64,000 nt of DNA, taken from positions 704,001 through 768,000 of the forward strand of contig CAVRGP010000011.1 in the NCBI GenBank assembly GCA_963720755.1. Reading direction: 5' to 3'. The DNA is from an uncultured Chloroflexia bacterium (GTDB lineage Bacteria > Chloroflexota > Limnocylindria > Limnocylindrales > CSP1-4). Shown piece after piece: positions 21,387 to 31,264 of this stretch. How positions within the stretch are numbered: position 1 is the stretch's first letter; every line of letters starts with the position of its first letter. Below the pieces are notes generated by a model, which saw only the letters and a list, made by a program, of their open reading frames with translations, had not been told where the DNA came from and made no database searches. The position numbers and the translations under genes were made by a program.

Positions 21387-21442
21387 CCCGCCGTCCTCGA
21401 ATCGTGCGGATACGACGCCGCGAACCAGGAGGTCAGCGATCG

Positions 21443-21484
21443 CGCTTTCATGGCGCATCGGCCGTCCCGTGAGGCGCCCGAGCG
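21443..21484 (+). promoter_or_regulatory. Putative PyrR-type RNA binding loop in the pur leader
   Basis: CGUC-CCGUGA-GGCG (21463-21476) resembles the PyrR consensus ARUCCNGNGAGGYU and caps a longer stem; CUUUCA upstream resembles CUUUAA. Confidence 0.5.
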
Positions 21485-21542
21485 ACCGATCGATGGCGAT
21501 CCGCCGATACGTCGGCGGCGCGACGCGGGAGAGGTCTATCCG

Positions 21543-21577
21543 GGTCCCGGGCCGATCGCCCAGGGGCCTTTTCGTTT
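21543..21577 (+). terminator. Intrinsic terminator (attenuator) upstream of purA
   Basis: GGUCCCGGGC-cgauc-GCCC(A)GGGGCC followed by UUUUCGUUU, ending 28 nt before the ATG. Confidence 0.7.
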
Positions 21578-21605
21578 GCCCGATCGCCAGCCGAGGGTCT
21601 CGCTG

Positions 21606-22913
21606 ATGCCGGCCACCGTCATCGTCGGGTTGCAGTGGGGCGACGAGGGCAAGGGCAAGACCACCGACTTCCTCGCCGAGCAGGTGAGCATGGTCGTCCG
21701 GTACCAGGGTGGCGACAACGCCGGTCACACCGTGGTCAGCGGGGACGAGGTCTTCAAGTTGCGGCTCACCCCATCCGGTGTGTTGTACCCGCACATCACG
21801 TCGGTGATCGGCAACGGGGTCGTCGTGAACCCGATCACCCTGATCGCCGAGCTGGACATGCTGACATCGCGAGGGATCGACGTCTCGCGGGTCAGGGTCA
21901 GCCGGAGCGCGCACGTGATCATGCCGTACCACGTCGCGCTCGACCAGGCGAACGAGGCCCGACTTGGCGGCGCCAAGGTGGGTACCACCGGGCGGGGCAT
22001 CGGCCCGACCTACGGTGACCGGGCCTGGCGGATCGGTTTGCGCATGGAGGACCTCCTCGATGCCGAGCTCCTGCGAGAACGGATCGAGCGGGTCCTGATC
22101 GACAAGAACGTCCTGCTCGCGGCCGGCGGCTTACCGGCATTCGAGGTCGAACCACTGGTGGAGACCGCCCTGGGGTGGGGTGCGCGCCTGCATGCCCACC
22201 TCGACGATACGACCTGGCTCGTGCAGACCGCACTGGCCCGCGGCGAGCACGTCCTTCTCGAAGGTGCCCAGGGCACGCTCCTCGATATCGACCACGGCAG
22301 TTACCCGTTCGTCACGTCATCGAACCCGGTGGCGGGTGGAGCCTGCACCGGCGGCGGGATCGGTCCTCTCCAGGTCGACGAGGTCATCGGCGTGATGAAG
22401 GCCTATTCGACCCGGGTCGGATCCGGCCCGTACCCGACCGAGCTGACCGACGAGGTGGGCGCCGGCATCGCCGAACGCGGGCACGAATTCGGGACGGTGA
22501 CTGGCCGCCCGCGCCGGGTCGGCTGGTTCGATGCGGTGCCCCTGCGCTACGCGGTGGCGGTCAACAGCGCGAGCAGCATCATGCTCAACAAGCTGGACAT
22601 CCTGTCGGGTATCGAAACGATCCGGCTCTGTGTCGCCTACGAACTCGATGGCCAGCGGGTCGAGACCTGGCCCTCGAGCGGCGCTGCCCTGTCGCGGGCG
22701 ACGCCGATCTACGAGTTGTTCGAGGGATGGGACGAACCCATCCACGACATCCGGTCGGTGGCGGAGCTGCCTGACAACGCGCGCCGCTATGTGTCCGCGC
22801 TCGAGGAGCATGCGGGCGTACCCATCGTGCTCGTCTCGGTCGGCCCTGAGCGGACGCAGACCATCGACCGAGCCTGGCGACCGATACGAAACCGGTCGGC
22901 GCTTCAGGCATGA
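21606..22913 (+). CDS. purA: Adenylosuccinate synthetase
   Basis: GLQWGDEGKGK, RYQGGDNAGHT, GTTGRGIGPTY, LEGAQG, EFGTVTGRPRRVGWFD. Confidence 0.97.
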   Translation: MPATVIVGLQWGDEGKGKTTDFLAEQVSMVVRYQGGDNAGHTVVSGDEVFKLRLTPSGVLYPHITSVIGNGVVVNPITLIAELDMLTSRGIDVSRVRVSRSAHVIMPYHVALDQANEARLGGAKVGTTGRGIGPTYGDRAWRIGLRMEDLLDAELLRERIERVLIDKNVLLAAGGLPAFEVEPLVETALGWGARLHAHLDDTTWLVQTALARGEHVLLEGAQGTLLDIDHGSYPFVTSSNPVAGGACTGGGIGPLQVDEVIGVMKAYSTRVGSGPYPTELTDEVGAGIAERGHEFGTVTGRPRRVGWFDAVPLRYAVAVNSASSIMLNKLDILSGIETIRLCVAYELDGQRVETWPSSGAALSRATPIYELFEGWDEPIHDIRSVAELPDNARRYVSALEEHAGVPIVLVSVGPERTQTIDRAWRPIRNRSALQA

Positions 22914-24244
22914 CGGTCGACGCACCACGCCGGATCCTGGTCGTGGGCGGTCGCGGGCGCGAGCATGCCATCACCTGGAAGCTCGCCGCAGAACCGGGCG
23001 TGGACACGGTCCTGGTGGCGCCGGGAAGTGCGGCCATCGCGGCGGAGCCCCGTGTGGAGACGGTCGACGTGCCGGCGACCTCGATCGACGCGATCGTCGA
23101 ACTGGCGGATGCACGAAGGATAGAGCTGGTCGTGGTCGGGCCCGAGGCGCCGCTCGCTGCCGGGCTGGCCGATCGGCTCGAGGCAGCGGGGATCGCGGTC
23201 TTCGGCGCCAGCAGCGCGGCATCGGCGATCGAATGGTCGAAGGCCTTCTGCCACGACGTCGCCGCATCTGCCGGGGTGCGAATGGCCGAAGCGCAGGTGT
23301 GTCGATCGCGCGCGGCCGCCGAACAGGCCATCGATCGACTGCGCAGTCCCGACGGCGGGTTCGTCGTGAAGGACGACGGGCTGGCGGACGGGAAGGGCGT
23401 CACGGTCTTCGGGCCGGGCGCGACCCCGGAGGCACACCTGCCCCGGCTGCTTGACGACTTGTATGGCGCGACGAGTCGTGAGCGCACGATCGTCGTCGAG
23501 GAGCGGCTCCACGGCCTGGAGGCCAGCGTGATCGCCGTGTGCGATGGCGTGCGAGCGATCGCCCTGCCCGCTGCCCGGGACCACAAACGCCTCGGCGACG
23601 GCGACCGAGGCCCGAATACCGGTGGCATGGGTGCGTATTCACCCTTGCCGGACCTCGACGACGCGGGCGTCGACCGGGTCCTGGCCGACGTCCACGAGCC
23701 GGTCCTGCGCGAACTGGCGGCCCGTGGCACGCCGTTCCGGGGGTTCCTGTACGCCGGTCTCATCCTGACCGCGACTGGCCCCGTCCTGCTGGAGTGCAAC
23801 GCCAGACTGGGCGACCCGGAGGCGCAGGTCATCCTGCCGCGGGTCGACCTGGCCCTGGGCCCGATCCTGCTCGCCGCCGCACGGGGAGCGTTGCCGCCCG
23901 GTCTCGCCACACGTCTTCCGGTCCTGCCGGAGGCCGCTGTGGGGATCGTCATGGCGGCCGGTCGCTATCCGGCCGGATCGAGTGTCGGCGTGCCGATCGC
24001 CGGGATCGAAGCCGTCCGACGTCGCGGGTCGCTGGTCTTCCATGCCGGAACGATCCGAACCGCGGATGGATGGGCGACGAATGGCGGTCGGATCCTGACC
24101 GTCGTGGGTCGGGGTCCCGACCTCGACGCAGCGCGGGCGAACGCGGAGGATGCAGCCGACCTGATCACGTTCGAGGACAGCCAGCGTCGGCACGACATCG
24201 GCCGATCCACGGCCCCGGTCGAGTCGTCGGCGGTGGTCCGATGA
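22910..24244 (+). CDS. purD: Phosphoribosylamine-glycine ligase
   Basis: GGRGREHA, VVGPEAPL, DHKRLGDGDRGPNTGGMGAY, NARLGDPE. Confidence 0.95.
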   Translation: MTVDAPRRILVVGGRGREHAITWKLAAEPGVDTVLVAPGSAAIAAEPRVETVDVPATSIDAIVELADARRIELVVVGPEAPLAAGLADRLEAAGIAVFGASSAASAIEWSKAFCHDVAASAGVRMAEAQVCRSRAAAEQAIDRLRSPDGGFVVKDDGLADGKGVTVFGPGATPEAHLPRLLDDLYGATSRERTIVVEERLHGLEASVIAVCDGVRAIALPAARDHKRLGDGDRGPNTGGMGAYSPLPDLDDAGVDRVLADVHEPVLRELAARGTPFRGFLYAGLILTATGPVLLECNARLGDPEAQVILPRVDLALGPILLAAARGALPPGLATRLPVLPEAAVGIVMAAGRYPAGSSVGVPIAGIEAVRRRGSLVFHAGTIRTADGWATNGGRILTVVGRGPDLDAARANAEDAADLITFEDSQRRHDIGRSTAPVESSAVVR

Positions 24245-25602
24245 TCCCGCGCTACACGCTTCCCGAGATGGGCGCGATCTGGTCGGACACCGCCCGGTTC
24301 GAGGCGATGCTGCGAGTCGAACTGGCAGTCGCACGTGCCCAGACCGCCCGTGGGCAGATCCCGCCGGACGCGCTCAAGGCCCTCGAACAGCGAGCCCAGG
24401 TCGATGTCGGTCGGATCAGCGAGATCGAGCGGACGACCGACCACGATGTGATCGCCTTCGTGAGCCAGGTGGCGGAACGCGTCGGACCCGAGGGGCGGTT
24501 CCTCCACCTCGGCCTGACCAGCAGCGACGTCGTCGATACCGGCCTGGCGCTCCAGCTCCGCGCGGCCGGCGAGCACCTCCTGACCGACGCGGATCGACTG
24601 ACGACCGTCCTCGTCGGGCGCGCCAGGGCCGAGGCCGGGACCGTCATGATGGGTCGCACCCATTCCGTCCACGCGGAGCCGACGACGCTCGGCCTGAAGC
24701 TCGCAGGCTGGGCGTTCGAGCTTGAACGGGGACGCGACCGGCTGAGCGCCGCCGTGGACGAGATCGGGACCGGCAAGATCTCCGGACCCGTCGGCACGTA
24801 CAGCCACCTGGATCCAGACCTGGAAGCGGAGGTGCTCGCGGCACTCGGCCTGCACGTGGACCCGGTGAGCACCCAGATCGTCCAACGTGACCGACACGCG
24901 GCCCTGCTGACCGCCATCGCGATCATCGGTGGCTCGCTCGAACGGTTCGCCACCGAGATCCGCAACCTGCAGCACACCGAGATCGGCGAGTTGCGCGAGC
25001 CATTCCGCGCCGGCCAGAAGGGTTCATCGGCGATGCCGCACAAGCGGAACCCGATCGTGTCGGAGCGGATCGCGGGACTGGCCCGCCTGCTGCGCGGCTA
25101 TGCCCAGACGGCCCTCGAGGACCAGCCCCTCTGGCACGAACGCGATATCAGCCATTCGAGCGCCGAACGAGTCATCCTCCCGGATGCGACGATCGTGCTC
25201 GATTACATGCTGGTCCGGATGGCCGGACTGATCGAGGGTATGGAGGTCCATGCCGACCGGATGCGCGAGAACATCGACCGCGGTCTCGGCCTCCACGCGT
25301 CGTCGCACGTGCTCGTCGCGTTGGTCGATATCGGCGGCCTGTCGAGGGAGGATGCCTATGCGATCGTCCAGCGGGCTGCACTCCGGGCGGCCGATGAGCG
25401 CTTGCCGCTGCGCGACCTGCTGGCGGTCGATGCGGGCGTCGCTCAGCGCCTGTCGCTCAGTCAGCTCGATGCATGCTTCGACGACGCGGCTTTCCTGGGC
25501 CACGTCCCCGACGTGATCGGTCGGCTGGATGCCATCGCTGCGCGCCAGGCCGCCCGGTCGATCGGTGGGCAGGTGGAGGTGGCCGGTGTCCATGGCATCT
25601 GA
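24241..25602 (+). CDS. purB: Adenylosuccinate lyase
   Basis: MIPRY...MGAIW, H.GLTSSDV, GRTH, QKGSSAMPHKRNP, HERDISHSSAER. Confidence 0.97.
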   Translation: MIPRYTLPEMGAIWSDTARFEAMLRVELAVARAQTARGQIPPDALKALEQRAQVDVGRISEIERTTDHDVIAFVSQVAERVGPEGRFLHLGLTSSDVVDTGLALQLRAAGEHLLTDADRLTTVLVGRARAEAGTVMMGRTHSVHAEPTTLGLKLAGWAFELERGRDRLSAAVDEIGTGKISGPVGTYSHLDPDLEAEVLAALGLHVDPVSTQIVQRDRHAALLTAIAIIGGSLERFATEIRNLQHTEIGELREPFRAGQKGSSAMPHKRNPIVSERIAGLARLLRGYAQTALEDQPLWHERDISHSSAERVILPDATIVLDYMLVRMAGLIEGMEVHADRMRENIDRGLGLHASSHVLVALVDIGGLSREDAYAIVQRAALRAADERLPLRDLLAVDAGVAQRLSLSQLDACFDDAAFLGHVPDVIGRLDAIAARQAARSIGGQVEVAGVHGI

Positions 25603-26488
25603 GTTGCACCACGTGCGCTCCGGGAAGGTCCGGGACCTGTACGACCTGCCCGACGGTCGTCTGATGCTCGTGGCTTCCGACCGCATGTCCGCGTTCGACG
25701 TCGTGTTGCCGACCGCGATCCCGGACAAGGGCCGAGTCCTGACCGGGTTGTCGCGCCACTGGTTCGCGCGAACCCGACAGATCGTGCCGAACCACCTGCT
25801 GGGAACGACCGTGGACCCAGGCCTTGATCCCGACGGCGAGCTCCGGGGCCGGGTCATGCTCTGTCGGCCGGCCGAGGTCGTGCCGATCGAGGCGGTCGCC
25901 CGCGGCTACCTCGCGGGCTCGGGCTGGAAGGCGTACCGCGACGGCGGAGCCATCTGCGGGGTCGAACTCCCGCCCGGGCTTGCCGAGAGCGACCGGCTGT
26001 CACGCCCGATCTTCACGCCGGCGATCAAGGCCGAGGCCGGTGCGCACGACGAGAATGTCACCTTCGATGCAATGGTCGATCTCGTCGGCGGCGACCTTGC
26101 CGAACGCATCCGCGCGATCACCCTCACGCTCTACGACGTGGCCGCGACCGTCACGTCGGCGGTCGGGATCTTGCTGGCCGACACGAAGTTCGAATTCGGG
26201 ATCGTGCCCACTACGGGTGAGCTCATCCTCATCGACGAGGTCCTGACACCCAATTCCTCGCGTTTCTGGGATGCTTCGACCTACGAGCCCGGTCGGGCCC
26301 AGGCGAGTTACGACAAGCAGTTCGTGCGCGACTGGCTGGAGACCCAGCCGTGGGCCAAGGTGGCCCCCGGACCGGCTCTGCCCGACGACGTCGTGGCGGG
26401 GACCCGGGCGCGCTACATCGAGGCGTTCGAGCGGATCACCGGCGCGAGCTTCGCACGCTACCTCCAGGAGGATGTCATCGCCTCATGA
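25592..26488 (+). CDS. purC: SAICAR synthetase
   Basis: SGKVRDLY, SDRMSAFD, LADTKFEFG, DEVLTP.SSRFW, SYDKQFVRDWL. Confidence 0.96.
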   Translation: MASELHHVRSGKVRDLYDLPDGRLMLVASDRMSAFDVVLPTAIPDKGRVLTGLSRHWFARTRQIVPNHLLGTTVDPGLDPDGELRGRVMLCRPAEVVPIEAVARGYLAGSGWKAYRDGGAICGVELPPGLAESDRLSRPIFTPAIKAEAGAHDENVTFDAMVDLVGGDLAERIRAITLTLYDVAATVTSAVGILLADTKFEFGIVPTTGELILIDEVLTPNSSRFWDASTYEPGRAQASYDKQFVRDWLETQPWAKVAPGPALPDDVVAGTRARYIEAFERITGASFARYLQEDVIAS

Positions 26489-26775
26489 CCAGCTTCCGGT
26501 TCGCGGTCAATGTCACCCCGAAGCCCGGCATCCTCGACCCCGCAGGCCGCGCCGTCGAGGGCAGTCTCAACCACCTCGGCATCACTGGCGTCCACGACGT
26601 GAGGATCGGCCGGCGCGCCGAGTTGACGGTCGACGCCGTCGACGAGACGGCAGCGCGGGCCGTGGTCGACCGGCTCGCCACCGACCTGCTGTCGAACCCG
26701 CTCATCGAGGCCTTCGAGGTGGAGTCGGTGGCCGCGGCCTCGTCGCTCCACAGCGACCGGGTCGGGGAGGGCTGA
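26485..26775 (+). CDS. purS: FGAM synthase subunit PurS
   Basis: V..KPGILDP.GRAV, VRIGR, LLSNPLIE. Confidence 0.92.
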   Translation: MTSFRFAVNVTPKPGILDPAGRAVEGSLNHLGITGVHDVRIGRRAELTVDAVDETAARAVVDRLATDLLSNPLIEAFEVESVAAASSLHSDRVGEG

Positions 26776-26777
26776 GC

Positions 26778-27521
26778 GTGGCCGTGCGGATCGGTGTGGT
26801 CGTCTTTCCCGGCAGTAACTGCGATCGCGACACCATCCGGGCGCTCGACCTCGCCGGAGCTGAACCCGTGGTCCTGTGGCATGAACACGCATCCCTCGAA
26901 GGCGTGGCGGCGGTCGTCCTGCCCGGCGGCTTCGCCTACGGCGACTACGTGCGGGCCGGCGTGATCGCGCAATTCAGCCCGGTGATGCGGTCGGTGACAG
27001 CCTTTGCGGCCGATGGCGGCCTGGTCCTGGGGATCTGCAACGGCTTCCAGGTCCTGGCGGAGGCCGGACTGGTCCCAGGAGCATTGCTTCGCAACGAGTC
27101 GCTGCGGTTCGCCGGGCGGAGCGTCACGATCGCCCCCGACCGGGTCGACACGCGGTTCACCCATGCCCTGGAAGCCGGCCGCGGCCTTCGGATGCCGGTC
27201 GCCCACGGTGAAGGTCGGTTCTATGCCGACGGCCCGACGATCGATGCGCTCGAGCGCGACGGTCAGGTGCTGTTTCGGTACGTCGATCCCGTTGACTCGG
27301 CGTCTGCCACGGACGGGCCAGCCAACCCGAACGGCTCTGTGCGAGCGATCGCCGGGGTGATGAATGCGGCCGGGAACGTGGCGGGCCTGATGCCGCACCC
27401 GGAGCGGGCGTCCGAGGCGATCCTCGGGTCGGACGATGGGTTCGGGATCATCCGGTCGCTCGTCGAGAGCGCAGCCCAGGTGGCCCACGGGTCGGACGTC
27501 GTCGGGGCGGCTCGTTCATGA
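26778..27521 (+). CDS. purQ: FGAM synthase glutaminase subunit
   Basis: [44 protein letters not shown]. Confidence 0.96.
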   Translation: MAVRIGVVVFPGSNCDRDTIRALDLAGAEPVVLWHEHASLEGVAAVVLPGGFAYGDYVRAGVIAQFSPVMRSVTAFAADGGLVLGICNGFQVLAEAGLVPGALLRNESLRFAGRSVTIAPDRVDTRFTHALEAGRGLRMPVAHGEGRFYADGPTIDALERDGQVLFRYVDPVDSASATDGPANPNGSVRAIAGVMNAAGNVAGLMPHPERASEAILGSDDGFGIIRSLVESAAQVAHGSDVVGAARS

Positions 27522-29809
27522 GCGTCGCCGCGGCCTCGACCGAACCGCTCCATCGCCGGCTCGGCGTCACCGACGACGAGCTGGAGGCGATCAGGTCGCG
27601 CCTTGGAGGGCGAGAGCCGAACGATCTTGAACTGGCGATGTTCAGCGTGATGTGGAGCGAGCACTGCTCGTACAAGAGCTCGAAGCCGCTGCTCCGGACG
27701 CTCCCGATCGCGGGCGAGGGCGTCGTCGCCGGTCCGGGTGAGAATGCCGGGGTCATCTCGATCGGTGACGGCCTGGCGGTCGCCTTCAAGATCGAGTCGC
27801 ACAACCATCCATCGGCGGTCGAGCCGTACCAGGGTGCGGCGACCGGCGTGGGCGGGATCCTGCGCGACATCTTCACGATGGGCGCCCGGCCGATCGCGGT
27901 GCTCGACGCCTTGCGGTTCGGTGACCCCGCGGACTTGCGGACGCGCCACCTCGTGGACGGGATCGTGCGCGGCGTCGGCGGCTACGGCAACTGCGTGGGC
28001 GTCCCCACCGTGGGTGGCGAGCTCGTGTTCGATCCGGGCTACCAGGGCAACCCGCTGGTCAACGTCATGGCCATCGGCCTGCTCGAGGAGCGCCGGTTGA
28101 CGCTCGCGTCGGCCCCGGGACCGGGCAACCTCGTCGTCCTGTTCGGGTCCGCGACCGGTCGCGATGGGATCGGTGGGGCATCGGTGCTGGCCAGTGCCAC
28201 GTTCACCGACGACGACCCGTCGAAGCGGCCGTCCGTCCAGGTCGGGGACCCGTTCGCGGAGAAGCTCCTCATCGAGGCGAGCCTGGAACTCATCGACCGA
28301 GGCCTGGTCGAGGGCCTCCAGGATCTCGGTGCCGGTGGGATCACCTGTGCGACGTCGGAGACGGCGGATCGGGCTGGGACGGGGATCCTGGTCGACCTGG
28401 ACGCCATCCCGCGTCGCGAGCCGGGTCTTGAACCCTTCGAGGTCATGATCTCCGAGTCGCAGGAACGGATGTGCGCGGCGGTCCTGCCGGAACACTGGGC
28501 GGCGGTGCAGGAGGTCTGCCAGCGCTGGGGTCTGCCCGTCGCGGTCATCGGCCGGGTGACCGACGACGGCGACATCGCCATCGTCGAAGCAGATCGGGAG
28601 ATCGCCCGTGTCCCCGCCCGAGCCCTGACCAGTGACGCCATCGTCCACGACCGCCTCGCCCTCGCTCCGACCCATCGACGGGAAGCGCCGGCCCCGGGTG
28701 CTCCGGCCACCGTCAGCGACCGACTACCGGAGCGCGGCACGGATCCCGGTGCCGTCCTGCTGGCCCTGCTCGGCTCCGCCAACCTGTCGTCGCGTCATCA
28801 GGTCTTCCAGCAATACGACTCGACCGTCGGGGCCGACACCGTCGTCGGGCCTGGTCGCGGCGCGGCCGTCCTTCGGGTGCCCGGGACGCCGAAGGCCCTC
28901 GTCGCGACGACGGACGGCGATCATGCGGTCGGCCGGCTCGATCCATGGCTTGGCGCCGCCCTGGCGGTCGCCGAGGCGACTCGGAACGTCTCGATCACGG
29001 GCGCCCGGCCGCTCGGCGTGACGAATTGCCTGAACTACGGGGATCCAACCCGGCCAGAGGCGTTCTGGCAACTTCAGGAGGGGGTTCGAGGCCTCGCAGA
29101 CGCCTGTCTCGCCCTCGGATTGCCGGTCACCGGCGGGAACGTTTCGCTCTACAACGAGTCGCCGACGACCGCCATCGCGCCGACACCCGAGATCGGGGTC
29201 GTGGGTCTCCTCGACGACGTCAGCACCCTGGTCGGCCCGGCGTTCGTGGCCGCCGGCGATGCGATCGTCCTCGTGGGCGAGGTCGGGCCCGGACTGGCTG
29301 GGTCGGCGTATGCGGGATTGGCCGGCGGATCGGTGGACGATGCACCGCCGAATCTTGACCTTGACCGCGAGGTGGCCATCCAGGCGTTCGTGCGCGAGGC
29401 CATCGCTCGCGGGTTGGTCGCGTCGGCCCAGGACATCTCCGGCGGCGGTTTCGGGGTGGCGCTCGCGGAGGGTGCGATCTGGAGCGGTCTCGGGGCCTCG
29501 GTCCGCCTGCCGATCATCCACTCGCCGGCGGTGGACCTGTTCGGGGAGAGCCCGTCACGGCTCATCGTGTCGTGTCGCCCGCGGTATGTCGCGGCGCTCG
29601 AGCTCCTCGCGCGCCACCATGGACTCCCGGTCGAAGCCATCGGCACGGTCGGCGGCGATCGCCTCGTCGTCGAGCTGACGATGGCCGGAGCGACCGGCGC
29701 GGCGGAAGAGCGCGGTGGCCGGGTCGCCGACGCGCTGGAGGTCGCGGTCAAGGACCTCGCCCATGTCTGGGAGCACGGGCTGGCCCGCGCGCTCGGCTGG
29801 GAGGGCTGA
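27518..29809 (+). CDS. purL: FGAM synthase large subunit (small-form PurL)
   Basis: [45 protein letters not shown]. Confidence 0.97.
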   Translation: MSVAAASTEPLHRRLGVTDDELEAIRSRLGGREPNDLELAMFSVMWSEHCSYKSSKPLLRTLPIAGEGVVAGPGENAGVISIGDGLAVAFKIESHNHPSAVEPYQGAATGVGGILRDIFTMGARPIAVLDALRFGDPADLRTRHLVDGIVRGVGGYGNCVGVPTVGGELVFDPGYQGNPLVNVMAIGLLEERRLTLASAPGPGNLVVLFGSATGRDGIGGASVLASATFTDDDPSKRPSVQVGDPFAEKLLIEASLELIDRGLVEGLQDLGAGGITCATSETADRAGTGILVDLDAIPRREPGLEPFEVMISESQERMCAAVLPEHWAAVQEVCQRWGLPVAVIGRVTDDGDIAIVEADREIARVPARALTSDAIVHDRLALAPTHRREAPAPGAPATVSDRLPERGTDPGAVLLALLGSANLSSRHQVFQQYDSTVGADTVVGPGRGAAVLRVPGTPKALVATTDGDHAVGRLDPWLGAALAVAEATRNVSITGARPLGVTNCLNYGDPTRPEAFWQLQEGVRGLADACLALGLPVTGGNVSLYNESPTTAIAPTPEIGVVGLLDDVSTLVGPAFVAAGDAIVLVGEVGPGLAGSAYAGLAGGSVDDAPPNLDLDREVAIQAFVREAIARGLVASAQDISGGGFGVALAEGAIWSGLGASVRLPIIHSPAVDLFGESPSRLIVSCRPRYVAALELLARHHGLPVEAIGTVGGDRLVVELTMAGATGAAEERGGRVADALEVAVKDLAHVWEHGLARALGWEG

Positions 29810-29812
29810 CCG

Positions 29813-31264
29813 ATGTGCGGCGTGTTCGGGGTCGTCCTGCCGAACGGTGAACCGACAGAGGCCGCGTCCCTCGCCGCCCTGGGCCTGTTCGCGCTGCAGC
29901 ACCGCGGCCAGGAGTCGGCCGGGCTTGCGGTCAGCGACGGCGATCAGTTGATGCTCTACAAGGACCTCGGGATGATCAGCTCCGTCCTCGATGAGCGTCG
30001 GCTGCCGAGCCTCCGGGGTCAGATCGCGATCGCTCATTGCCGCTATTCCACGACCGGCTCGACGGTCTGGGAGAACGCGCAGCCGACCTATCGGTTGGGA
30101 CCACGGCGAGCCCTGGCGATCGGACACAACGGGAACCTGGTGAACACCCGGGAACTGCTCGACCAGCTCACCGGGGGCCGGGCGCGCCTGCCCGCGTCGA
30201 CGGACACGGAACTGCTGACCGCCCTCCTCGCCGACGAACCGGCGGCCGACACCGTCGAAGCGCTGACGCGCGTCCTTCCTCGGGTCCGCGGCGCATACAG
30301 CCTGGTGGTGCTCGACGAACGACGGGTCATCGGGGTTCGCGATCCGTTCGGGTTCCGTCCACTCGTCTTGGGCCGATTGCCGGCGTCGGGCACATCGGAC
30401 GACGGATTGTGGCTGGGCGATGACGCGTCGGTCGGCTGGTGCCTGTCGTCAGAGACCGCGGCGCTCGACATCATCGGGGCCGACTACGTCCGCGACGTCC
30501 AACCGGGCGAGATGATCATCCTTGAGGCGGGTCAAGCTCCACGCTCCGTCCGGTTCGCCACCGCGACGCCGGCATTGTGCGTGTTCGAGCTCATCTATTT
30601 CGCCCGACCCGACTCCTACATGGAGGGCCGAAACCTGTACGAGGCCCGGCGCCTGATGGGGATGCAGCTTGCCGCCGAGCATCCCGTCGACGCGGACCTC
30701 GTCATGCCGGTGCCCGACACGGGGGCCCCGGCCGCGGCAGGCTTTGCGGAAGCGTCCGGCCAGCCCTACCGCGAGGGGATGTACCGCAACCGGTATGCGG
30801 GACGAACCTTCATCCAACCATCCGCCGGACTGCGCCATCGCGGGGTCACGATCAAGCTCAACCCGCTCCGCGAGGTCGTCAGCGGCAAGCGCCTGATCGT
30901 CGTGGACGATTCGATCGTTCGCGGGACGACGACGAAGCGGATCGTCGAACTCCTGCGCCGGGCCGGTGCGACCGAGGTCCACGTTCGGATCAGCGCTCCG
31001 CCCATCTTCCATCCATGTTTCTACGGGATCGATACCCAGATCGAGACCGAGCTCATCGCGTCGACCCATACCGAGCCTGAGATCCAGGCCTTCATCGGCG
31101 CCGATTCGTTGGGCTACCTGTCGATCCGCGGCGTGCTCGCTGCGCTCGACCTGCCCTACGAGCGCTTCTGTTTCGCCTGTTTCGACGGCCACTATCCGGA
31201 GCCCGTTCCGTATGACGCGGCCAGCCGGAAATTCATGCTCGAGGAGGCGGTGGTCGGTCGATGA
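29813..31264 (+). CDS. purF: Amidophosphoribosyltransferase (Fe-S type)
   Basis: N-terminal MCG, LQHRGQE, RYSTTG, CVFE.IYFARPDS, VDDSIVRGTT, CFYG, CFAC. Confidence 0.97.
   Translation: MCGVFGVVLPNGEPTEAASLAALGLFALQHRGQESAGLAVSDGDQLMLYKDLGMISSVLDERRLPSLRGQIAIAHCRYSTTGSTVWENAQPTYRLGPRRALAIGHNGNLVNTRELLDQLTGGRARLPASTDTELLTALLADEPAADTVEALTRVLPRVRGAYSLVVLDERRVIGVRDPFGFRPLVLGRLPASGTSDDGLWLGDDASVGWCLSSETAALDIIGADYVRDVQPGEMIILEAGQAPRSVRFATATPALCVFELIYFARPDSYMEGRNLYEARRLMGMQLAAEHPVDADLVMPVPDTGAPAAAGFAEASGQPYREGMYRNRYAGRTFIQPSAGLRHRGVTIKLNPLREVVSGKRLIVVDDSIVRGTTTKRIVELLRRAGATEVHVRISAPPIFHPCFYGIDTQIETELIASTHTEPEIQAFIGADSLGYLSIRGVLAALDLPYERFCFACFDGHYPEPVPYDAASRKFMLEEAVVGR

Noticed and set aside
21036-21605. 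190-aa N-terminal extension of PurA in the ORF track
   Set aside because: Overlaps the divergent gene, promoter and terminator hairpin; homology begins at MPATVIVG (21606)
21387-21605. ZTP, PRPP (ykkC) or guanine riboswitch
   Set aside because: Their hallmark conserved sequences were not found by eye; kept only as a PyrR-like or unknown attenuator
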